Shown here piece by piece: positions 50,501 to 62,500 of a stretch of 64,000 nt of DNA. Positions within the stretch are counted from its first letter, which is position 1. The number at the start of each line of letters is the position of its first letter. The notes under the pieces were generated by a model. It was not told where the DNA came from and did not search any database. It worked only from the letters and a program-made list of their open reading frames with translations. A program made the translations under genes and the position numbers. Source of the DNA: an uncultured candidatus Porisulfidus sp. (GTDB taxonomy: Bacteria > Pseudomonadota > Gammaproteobacteria > Poriferisulfidales > Oxydemutatoraceae); contig OZ241323.1 in assembly GCA_965199685.1 (NCBI GenBank), positions 297,614 through 361,613 of the forward strand. Reading direction: 5' to 3'.

Positions 50501-53500
50501 TGCGATGAACCGGCAGGTATCTGGTGTGGATAAAATCGGTGGTTTGATCGGCATAAAATCCGGAGGTCAAGTCAGTGTCTGCTATGCCCGAAGTCCGGTA
50601 CAGGGTGTTAATAGGGTCGGTGGATTGATTGGCGAGAATAACGGCAATGTTTCAATCACCTATGCGGTCGGGCAGGTGTCGGCAAGCGGTAGCGATGTCG
50701 GTGGTTTAATCGGCTACAACCATGCGAGTAGAGCTGGAATTTTTATCAGCAACAGCCAGGTTGCAGACAGCTATTGGGATACTAGCGCAACTGGTATCGG
50801 ATCCAGCGATGGTGGCATTGGTTTTGCCGATCTCCAAGCTGCTACTGCGCCCGGAGCGACTGACCTTGATGTTTTTTTCCAGTGGCGTAGTGCCGATTGG
50901 GAGTTTGGTTCCAGCACCGAATATCCGCTCATTAGAGACTTCTTCGACAGGGTTGCTGCATCCATTCGTATCAGTAGCATAGCAGTCAATGGCTTCACAT
51001 TGGTTCCCAATTTTGATGCGGAGATTCGCAATTACTATGTTGTGGTAGGCAGCACCCCGACCAATATCAGCTTGAATATTGCGGCGAGTGATAGCGATGC
51101 AGAATTCGTCGTCTCAAAAGTCGGTGGTGGGGTCAATGCAATAAGGATTACTGGTAGCAATAACAACATACCGATCAGTCTCAATGTTGCCCCCACTCCG
51201 ACTGAACTCATCGTTTCCCGAAATTATCGTGTGCGAATCATTCGTAGTCTCAATGCCAATGTGACGGTAGACGCTAGAGACAAGCAAGTAAGCGAAGGTG
51301 AAATCTTGGACTTGAATGTAGCAAACAACACAGCAGATATAGTCCCCTTATCTTACACTTGGAGACAGACTACGAGGAATCTGTTGTTGATGGACGGCCT
51401 ATATGAAGGTATCACCGTAGATCAGCCCAACTTCCGTATAAGGATACCCGGTGATATCGTACCGCAGGCACAAACTGCCGCTGAACTAACATTGAGTGTG
51501 ACGATAAGCGATAACTTCGGCAACACTGGCGTAGCCTCCGAAGAAGTGGCAATCATTAAGCAAAACAACGGTACTGCCGTGCTAGCCCCCCCGACATTTA
51601 TAGGCGACACTTCAATACTTCGCTCAAACGATGCTGTGGCTATTGCCACAGATCCGGACGGCGAGGTGGCAAGCGATGCCGATAAGGGTCTGGTGTATCA
51701 ATGGCAATATAACGAAAGCGATCAGGCAGATCGTTGGATAGACATACACGGCGCAAACGATGCTATGTTTGATATCGGCGCGCATGACGTAATCCATGCT
51801 CGCTACCGCTTACAAATATCTTATCTGGACAAGCAGGGTTATGAAAACGACCTGACATCGGAGGCAACGATGCCGATGGCAGATAAAGATCGCGACGGTC
51901 TGATAGACATCTATCATTTAGAGGATCTAAACAATCTCAGACATCAACTGGACGGCAATGCTTATAGAGCAGAGGCTGATCAACCGTCGATAAACGGAGG
52001 GTGTCCCAACACTTGCTTTGGTTACGAACTCACCGGAGATTTGGATTTTAACGACAACGAAAGCTATCGCAATCCGACGGTGAACAAAGCCAAATGGACG
52101 GTATCCGATTTCAACATGAGCAACATGACCGGTTGGCAACCAATAGTAGGTGCTTTTACCGGCACTTTTGAAGGCAATGGCTATACCCTCCGCAATTTGC
52201 AAATCAATAGTACCAGCACAAAGGTCGCTCTGTTTGAAATGTTGAGCGGCGATAGCGCAACGATACAAAATCTGGGTATAGAAGACGCAAACATTGTCCA
52301 TTCCGGAGACGCGGGCACCGTCTCTGGCATCTTGGTCGCAGACATGTCGGACAATGCGCTGATTATCAATAGTTATGCGGTCGGTAAGATGAGGAGCCGT
52401 GCTAGCAACAGCGGTGGGTTGGTCGGACAGATGCTTAACTCTAGGGTCATCAACAGTTATGCGATGGTTGATGTTACTGCGAGCGGTGCCAATCGTCGTG
52501 TAGGAGCACTAGTGGGTGCATTATCAAGTGGGAGTCAAATCACCAATAGCTATGCGGCAGGTTCAGTCGTACATACGGCAGACACAATCGGTGAGAGTCA
52601 TTCCTTTGTTGGTGGCTTGCTCGGTTCTATACAGGACAGTGTCGTTAGCAATAGCTATGCGGTTGCAGAGGTTATTGGCAATACGACATCATCGATGATC
52701 GGAGGATTGATTGGTTCAGTGCGATCCTCTACCGTTGAATCGAGCTACTGGAACATCGAAATCGTCAGGCAACCCTCTAGCACCAAAGGTGGTATCGGCA
52801 AACAGACGAATGAAATGAAGCAAGGTATTGCGCAGTTATCGGATACCGACGGAGTTTATTTTGGTTGGAACCCTGAGCGTTGGGATTTCGGCACTGCTAG
52901 TGAATACCCAGTCCTTAAATATACCACACACCCCAATGCCAATGGTCAACCGACTTGTGATGCACCAAGCGTGCCCGAATGTGGCGCGATCATCTCGTCA
53001 GCATTTCGCGAAGGCTTGAGAGATCTAATTGCGATTGGTGGCACGCTGTCGCCGCCGTTCATCGGTGGTGATTATTCGGGTGAGATATTGGCCCCCTTGC
53101 CTGCCGCTATTCGTCTGATTCCTATCGCCTTTGAAAACGATGCCGTGATTAATATCTACGATGCAAACGGCATACTATTGCAATCTGGTCTTGCCAGCGG
53201 CGAGCCGAGTATGGGGTTTGCATTCAGATCTCATGGATCCGTACGTCGCCTAGTGATAGAAGTGCAAGGTAGCAAAACGGTGCGTCGTTCGATCACGCTG
53301 ACTGCGACTATCAATGTTATCCCCGATACCAGGGAGTGTTCCGAGTTAAGTGCTTACACGGAAATCAACTACTTGGAAGATCTCGATGAGATACGCAACA
53401 ATGTTTCCGACAGATATTGCCTAATGAGAGACCTAGATTTCAACGATCCCAGAAGCTATCGCTCGGGAACGGTGAATGATGCCTGGACTCTAAGGGGCTC

Positions 53501-56500
53501 TGGTGCCACCGGCTGGATACCTATAGGAACTAACGTTGATGGCCAGTGTGACAATCCGGCTAGTAGATGCTTCAGCGGTGTTTTTGACGGTAATGGTTTT
53601 GTGATATCCAACCTTCGTATAAATAGAGCAGGTTCCAGAAATCAAGGTTTGTTCGGCCATATCTTTCACTCAGGCGAAGTGGATTCTATGTATACAGAAG
53701 GTAGCGGTGTCGTACGCGATCTTGGTTTGAGCGATGTCTCCGTAAGAGGTAGAAGCAATGTCGGTGCGCTGGCCGGCGTAAACGGAGGTACCATCATCGG
53801 TAGCTATGCAACTGGTAGAGTTGAGGGAGGTTTATCTAATATCGGTGGTTTGGTGGGCCGTGGAGCCCTGTCGGGATCATCAAATACATCTTGGATTATC
53901 AACAGCTACGCTGCTGTTAATGTTGTTGGCACAAATATTAATGCTATCGGAGGATTAATCGGTTTTACCAATCGTGAACATGACAACATCATCAACAGCT
54001 ATGCGACGGGAGATGTGGATGGGGTTGCTAGTCTTGGTGGATTGATCGGCGTACATCTTGAAGGTAGAATCTCCAACAGCTATGCGACTGGCAATGTTAC
54101 TGGTTTTAATCAATGGGTAGGTGGTTTTGTTGGTGATAGTGGGGCACCTGCGATAATTAGCAACAGCTATGCAACGGGTTCGGTCGCTGGTGCAAATAGA
54201 GTAGGCGGTTTTGCTGGTGAAGCCATTGGTGTTGCAGAAATCAGCTATAGTTATGCGACCGGAAGTGTATCGGGAAGTGGGGCAAATGTAGGTGGTCTAA
54301 TAGGAAGCGGAGACTCAAACACCGTCCGTGCCAGTTATTGGGATAGCGACACCAGTGGTTTGAACATAAGTGCTGCCGGTAGTAGTCAAACGACGGTAGA
54401 ACTACAATCACCGACCGAAGATGCCGGCATCTACAGTCAATGGAGTGAAACCAACTGGGATTTCGGCACCTCAAAGCAATACCCACGGCTCAAGTATGCC
54501 CAAAATTCTGTTGGCAATGCTTGCGATGGTGCTGGTCTACCAGTCTGCGGTAGCCCGATATCGCCGAAGCGACGTTTTGATATCAAAGAATTCAGGTTAT
54601 CGCGTGGTGAGATTATTCCTCCTCTAATCCTTGACGGCAGAATCAATTACCGTGGTTCTAAAATTATTGGTGTTGATCCCGGCGAGACGATTCGTTTGAT
54701 TGTGAGGTCGGACGATGCGGCTGCGCGATTCCGTGTCTTTAGGGTTGTCGGTAGCGACGAGACACAAGCAGGTGTCGAGTTTAGTGCCGACGGATCGAGT
54801 AGAGAAATGACGCTGAGCGCAGGTGTCAACCACATTGTCGTGGAGACCACCTTCTCGGATCCTTCGCTAAAGAAACGCAGATATCACTTTTATCTGGATT
54901 ATCCAGCCCAGATAACCGAGATCGATTATTTGGAAGACCTCGATGCAATACGCAACAACCTAAGTAGAAATTACAGATTAACCAGAGATCTAGATTTTCT
55001 AGATGATGCGAGCTATCGCACAATATCCAACAAAGACAGATGGACGGCCGATTTTGGAGATACCAGAGATAGCGGCTGGTCAGCCATAGGCGACGCAACA
55101 ACGCCGTTCACCGGATTGTTTGACGGCAACGGTTTTGTAATATCCAATTTGCAGATTAAAAGAACGACTAACGGGCAAGGTCTATTTGAAGAGATTGGTG
55201 GTGCCGGTATCGTGCGCGAGCTTGGTTTGGTCAACGTAAAAATACAAAGCGAAAGAAACCTCGGTGCATTGGTCAGCATAAACCGAGGCACCGTTATCGG
55301 CAGCTATGCGACCGGCACGATTGAAGGAATTGGTAATGTAGGCGGCTTGGTTGGTTTGCACTATACAGGTTCTATTATCAATAGCCACGCAGCTGTTGAT
55401 ATCGTAGGCCGGGGCATCGATGGAAGCACTGCCGAGAGTGCAGCCGGGGGACTAGTCGGTATGGTCAACCACTACGGACCATTCTTTCCCAAGATTATCA
55501 ATAGTTATGCGACCGGCACCGTTATGGGTCGAAACAATTCCGGCGGTTTGGTCGGCGCACACCTAGCGGGTCAAATCTTCAATGGCTATGCAACTGGTGA
55601 TGTATTCGCTATTCCTGGTATTGGTAATAGACGCATAGGAGGTTTTGTGGGCTTTAAGGGGGCCAATGCTGAAATTAGCGACAGTTATGCGACGGGTTCA
55701 GTTGTCGGGGGCAACGCAAGTGGAATAGGCGGGTTTGCTGGTAACGCATCCGGTGGTGGGGAGATTAGCAATAGTTATTCAATCGGAAATGTATCAGGCA
55801 GCGGGACAAACCTAGGCGGTTTAATAGGTATCGGCGCATCGAACACCGCTCGTGGTAGTTATTGGAACAGCGACACTGGTGGTATAACGGTAAGTGCTGC
55901 CGGCACGAGCACAAACACGGTCGCCCTGCAATCGCCGACTGATGCGAGTGGCATCTACAGCGGATGGAGTGAAGACAGCTGGTATTTCGGCACCAATAGC
56001 GAATACCCAATACTTAGATATGCCATGGGACCTAATGGAGATGCGTGCGACACTGAGGTTACACCGGCCTGTGGCAGCTTGATATCGCCCCATCAACGCT
56101 ACGGTTTGAGCGACCTTGAGCTGATCGGAGCGAATCTAGTTCCGGCTTTTGACCCTGACTTTCCAAGACACTCCGGCACGACGAGCGATACCGGCATCGT
56201 ACGACTGATTCCTACAACCCGAGGTGCCGATGGCATCGTCAGAATCTACCTCGGCGACGATCGGACACAACCAATTTCTACGCTGATAAGTGGTGAGTCC
56301 TCCGACTCTATCGTTTTGGTCCACGGCTCCAACCGCATCGTCATCGAGGTTGACCCCAGCATATCCGGAATTTCTGCGTTCGGCTATACACTGAACCTAT
56401 ATCGTCCATTGCCATCGACGACAAGCATTAACTATTTGGAAGACCTTGATGCAATACGCTACGATCTGAACGGCAAGTATAGATTGACCAGAAATTTGAA

Positions 56501-59500
56501 TTTTAACGACGACGCAAGCTATCGCAACCCAATAGCGAATAAAGATGAATGGACGGTGAACGATTTTAACGATCAAAATGACACTGGTTGGATGCCCATA
56601 GGTGATCAAAATAACCCTTTCACTGGCACCCTCGACGGTGATGGTTATACGATATCCAACTTGCAGATCAATAGAGGAGCTACTGCCAAAAGAGGAACCG
56701 TGAACTATCAGGGGCTTTTTGGTGTTATCGCTAATCGCGGTGTCGTAGGTAGCTTGGGTTTGCACAACATAGAAATAAAAAACCAAATAATAGAAACCGA
56801 AATATGGGGCGGTGGACTGACGGCTGCCAACAGAGGAACCATTATCGACAGCTTTGTTCGCGGTAAAATTTCGGTGTCAGCGGACAGCACGTTTGCATAT
56901 ATCAGTGGTTTATTAGTCGGGTTTAATTATGGCACCATCGTCGGTAGCTATGCAGTCGGAGAAATCTCCGGAAGCATTTACATCAGTGGTTTGGTAGGGT
57001 ACAACGATAGTGGTTTGATTGCCAACAGCTACGCTGCTGTTGATATTACGAGTTCAGAACATAGCGGAGGATTAGTCGGTTTCAATTTTAGAGGCAACAT
57101 CATTAATAGTCATGCGGTCGGCACCATTTCGGCTGAGCATATTTTGGGTGGTCTTGTTGGTACATTTAGGGGAAACATTCTAAATAGTTATGCGAACGTT
57201 AATATCACCAGCAACAGCGATGCGAATATAGGTTTGGTGGGCGGCTTTGTAGGTCAAAACAATCCAAATAGCTCAATTATAAACAGCTATGCCACCGGTT
57301 CAATTTTAGGTATCGGTGGTGGTGTACCTAACGTGGGTGGTTTCATTGGTGAACTACGTGGCAGGGAAAAAATTAGCTATAGCTATGCAATCGGCAGAGT
57401 AGAGAATCCTGAAAATATATCGTCAACGGGTGGTTTTGCAGGAAAACAAACAAATGCCACCGTTATCGACAGCTACTGGAATATTGAAACCAGCGGTCAA
57501 ACCAGAGGTGTGCGAGGCACGTCTCGCACTACAGCACAACTACAAGCAGGTATTGCACAAACCACCGATTCTAGTGTTGCGTATTACAACTGGAGTGAAA
57601 CCAACTGGGATTTCGGAAATGCCACCCAATACCCGATCCTCAAATACGCCCAGAATCCCGACAGTCAAGGTCGCCGGATTTGCGACGCTGCCGGTTTGCC
57701 AAACTGCGGCGATTTAATCGCACCACAGATTCGCTACGGACTAAAGGATTTGGTTCTGGCAAGTGGCAAATTGATGCCGAGTTTCAACGATAAAACGCGA
57801 GCAAATGCCGACAGTTATTTCGGCACTGCGCGCGTTGCCGAGGGTGAAACGATTCGCTTGATTCCGATTGCGTTTGATGCCGATGCTACTATTAAGGTTT
57901 ATCTGGCCGACGATGCCGGCAGAACGCAACTGGGCGAAGTACTCGGCAGTGGTGATATCAGTGTGCCGGTTTCGTTGAAGCAGAATACGATCAATCACCT
58001 GGTCGTTGAAATAAACCCGAGTATCGTCGGTGAACCAACCGTGGAATATCCACTGTATCTACGATACCAACCGCAACCCATAGTATCTATAGCGTCTCTG
58101 GAAGATCTCGATGCAATACGTAATCAGCTCGACGGCATTTACAGTTTAGCCGGAAATCTGGATTTCTTAAACGACGCGAGCTACGACGATGTGGCGACAA
58201 ATAAAGCTGTATGGACGGTAGATGATTTTAGCGACAGAAGGGACAAGGGTTGGCTGCCTATAGGTGATAGAGATAATCCGTTTACCGGCACCTTTTATGG
58301 TAATGGTTTCGTAATCTCCAATTTGCAAATAAACAGAGATAGTGCCGATGATCAAGGTTTGTTCGGTCATCTAGGGCGAACCAGTCTGCTACGCGAGCTT
58401 GGTTTGATCGGCGTAAAAATAGCAGGCAAAACCGGAGTCGGTGCGCTGACTGGTGTCAATCGGGGAACCATCATCAACAGTGATGCACTAGGCGAAGTCA
58501 CCGCAACCGATGGTATGGTGGGTGGTTTGGTGGGCAATCACCTTGAGGGCTGGATTGCCAACAGCCATGCGGTCGTTCATGTCACGGGTGAGAACGGTGT
58601 TGGCGGTTTGGTCGGTCGTAGCGATGCCACCATTGTCAACAGTTATGCAATCGCTGAAGTCTCCGCTGAGCGCATGCTGGGTGGTTTCGTCGGTGTACAT
58701 CGAGAGGGTGTGATTTCCAATAGTTATGCGGATGGCAATGTGAGTACTAGCGTAGTCAACGACAACAATAATAATACGCTTGAGTCGGTAGGCGGTTTTG
58801 CCGGCATAAAGCATGCTAATGCCGAAATTGAAAACAGCTATGCGACGGCTTCGGTTATCGCTAACGGAGCAGTTAACAGCGGCGGTTTGGTCGGTAAAAC
58901 ATTCGCTGCCGATAAAATCAGCTATAGCTATGCAGTCGGCAATGTATCGGGAGGCGGTGCCTCACAGGGTGGTTTAGTGGGAGAAGGGTCAGGCACCGTT
59001 CGCGACAGCTATTGGGATATTGAAACGAGTGGTCAAACCACCAGTGCTGTCGGCACGAGCAAAACCACGGTTGCCCTGCAATCGCCAACCAGCGCAACTG
59101 GCATCTACATTCAATGGAGTGAGGACAACTGGGATTTCGGCAATAGTATGCAATATCCGACCCTCAAGTATGGCCAAAATCCGGACGGCAGTGGTTTGCG
59201 GACTTGTGGTAGCGATAATTTGCCGTCGTGTGGTAGTCTAATAGCTCCGCAACTTCGCTCCGGCTTTATACGGGACTTAATCCTGATAAATGGAGAATTG
59301 TCTCCGCCGTTTGAGGCCGGCTATGGTAGTTATTCAGGCACCGTACTTTCGCTTAGCGATACAATCCGCTTAAGGCCGATCACAATGGATTCTGCCGCCG
59401 AGATTAGGATCTATGTCATTGATGGCAACGGCAGAACGCAGCTAGGTAATACACTCAGTAGCGGTGATATCAGTGCGCGTATACCGCTACAGCGAGACAC

Positions 59501-62500
59501 AATTAATTATGTCGTTCTGGCAATAAAACCCACCGACGGCCCGACCGTAGAATATCCGCTGTATTTGCAATACCGTTTCGGAATGCATATAGACTCTTTG
59601 GAAGATCTCAATGCGGTGCGCGACCATCCGGATGCCGATTATATATTAACTCGCGACCTGGATTTTGAAGACGATGCCAGTTATGACAGTGTGGCTTTCA
59701 GAGCTACTTGGACGGTGAGCAATTATCGCGATGCTGCCGACCTCGGCTGGCAACCGATAGGGAATGCCGTTAATAACGATTGTGGGGATGCCGAAAGTAG
59801 CTGCTTTACTGGTACTTTTGACGGCAACGGTCATACGATATCCAATTTGCAAATCAACAACCGCGACCTGAGGACGCACAAAGGCTTATTCGGGGTTGTC
59901 GGCACGACCGGAGTGATTCGTAATCTAGGTTTGTTGGATATAGAGATAGTAGATCGTAATGTCATTAACATAGAAGACTTCAATGACGTTAACAATCAAA
60001 ACAGTGTTGGCGGGTTGGTAGGCAAGAATAGTGGCACGGTCATCGGTAGCTATGCTCATGGCGAGATCCGTAGCGGGATGGGAACTGCGCCTGGTTTCTC
60101 GATTGGTATCGTCGGCGGTTTGGTCGGTTGGAACACGGAAGATGGTGCAATCTATAATAGCCATGCAGTATGTACTATTGAGATATGGAAAAATTTAGCA
60201 GGTGGTTTGGTCGGCTTACATCAAGGTGAAATAGGCAACAGTTATGTAGCAGGTGTAATCAGCCGGTCTAGTCTTACTGGTGGCTTGATTGGTAGGACGC
60301 AGGGCCAAGCCTCTGTTTATAATAGTTATGCAGATAATTTTGTTTCGGGGAGTGGAAGTGTTGGTGGATTAGTTGGGAGTAATTTGTCGGGGGTTTATAA
60401 AAACATATATAGCACAGCTTGGGTTTTGGCAGGTGATCGCCAATCCACAGGAGGAATAGGTGGGTTCAATACTGGTACTCAGTTCACAAATATCTACAGC
60501 ATTAGTAGGGTTGATCGTGGTGGTAGCATGCTAGGTGGGTTCAGTAGCATAGGAGTACTAGAGAATAGCTATGCGAACTCGGATATATCATCATTGCCTT
60601 TGGTGGCTAATTTAGTATTAAACGAACCAACACCGGAAATCAAAAATTCCTTTGCGTTCACCACTGCCGAATTGCAGTCTGGTAGAGCCCAATCAAGAAG
60701 TGCAAGCGATGTTTATTACGACTGGAGCGACGATGATTGGGATTTTGGCGATGTCACCCAATACCCGGTGTTAAGATATGTCCAATCTACAGGCACTGGG
60801 GTGATGCGAGCTTGCGATGGTGATGGTTTGCCGGTGTGTGGCAATGTGATACCGCGCCAAGCATTGAGCGAATTACGCACCAGCGAAGACAAAGGTCAAT
60901 TTGCTTCGCCTTTTGTTTTTGACCCGCGCTATCGTAGCCATACTGGCGTAATCGAAAACCTCACCCCAGTAACACAACTGGTTGCGGTGTCTGCAAACCC
61001 CAATGCGCAAATTACGTTTATCTACTTTGACGAAAGACAGGAAGAGCGTGGTCGCAGTCGTCGGATGATTGGTAGAGCGACTAGCGCAGAAATTGAACTG
61101 AATGCAAACGATGCGACCTATGTTGCAGTAGAGGTGATAACCCCTGGTGGCGAAGGAGACCCCGGCGGTGTGGATTGGTATCACTTATCGCTTTCTTACC
61201 AATTCACTGGAGAGGAGGATGATGTAGCTGAGGTGAATACACTCGACGACCTTGATGCAATACGCGAGGCCCCAAACCTCAACTATAGATTGACCAGACA
61301 TTTGGATTTTAATGACCCAAACAGCTATGCTACAGGTGAGATAAACCGCGCCTGGACGGTGGAGGACTTCGGCGATATTGGCGACCTTGGTTGGACACCG
61401 ATAGGCACGCAACAAGCCCCATTCACCGGTACCTTTGATGGTGAAGGCTATGTGATATCCAATCTGCGAATCAATACGACTGCCACGAGTCAAGGTTTAT
61501 TCGGTAGCATAGGAAACGGCGGCATCGTACGCAATCTGGGTTTGTCGGGAGCCAAGATAGAGGGTGGCAATAATGTCGGTATTTTGGTCGGAGAGCATCT
61601 TGGCACAATCAACAATAGCCATACGACCGGCACGGTATCGGCACTCGGCAATGTTGGTGGTTTGGCAGGTTATAGCATCGGTGGTGGCATCATTATCAAT
61701 AGTCACACCAATGTTGAGGTATCGGTAACTGGCCGCAATGCTGGTGGCATGGTTGGCAGCTGCGATGGCTGTATCATACAAAACAGTTTTGCGGTCGGGT
61801 CGGTCGCTGGAGTCGGCAACGATGCCGATGTTATCGGCGGATTTGTAGGTAGAGCGGAAAATAGATTTAATTTTAGCAATAACTATGCGTGGAGTAATGT
61901 GAGCGGAGGTGACACACAAAACGGCAGTGGCAATGGTGGATTTATAGCTTTACCAATATTTAATGGCCAGATACTCAATGCCAATTATTCAACTGGTATG
62001 ACTGATGGGGGTTTTTATGGTCGTGTACCGCAGTTCAATGCCGATCCGCGCATTGAAGTGCCGAGTTATTGGAATACCGATACCGACGGTACCGGCACGC
62101 CGCAAGCATTGCGAGCGAATGTAGTCGGTATAACGGAACGACAAATGCAGTTAGCTCCTCCGGAGTTACGCGGTCCGGCCGATATCTATTACCTTTGGAG
62201 TCCGGCCGATTGGGATTTTGGCAACGATAGTCAATACCCGATCCTCAAATATGGTGCAGGACCTGATAACGATGCCTGCGACACCGCAGACACTCCGAAA
62301 TGCGGTGCCTTGATAGAACCTCAAATTCGCGAGGATGTGCGCTATGGTCTACGCTCGCTCGTCGCCCGCCACGCACAACTAAACCCACCCTTTGATGTAT
62401 CGGTACAGCAAACCCGACCCTATTTTGGTGCCGTAGAGAACGATGTAGCCGAGTTAGAACTAGTGGCAACGGCAATGGAAGCAACTGCTACCTATAGCGT

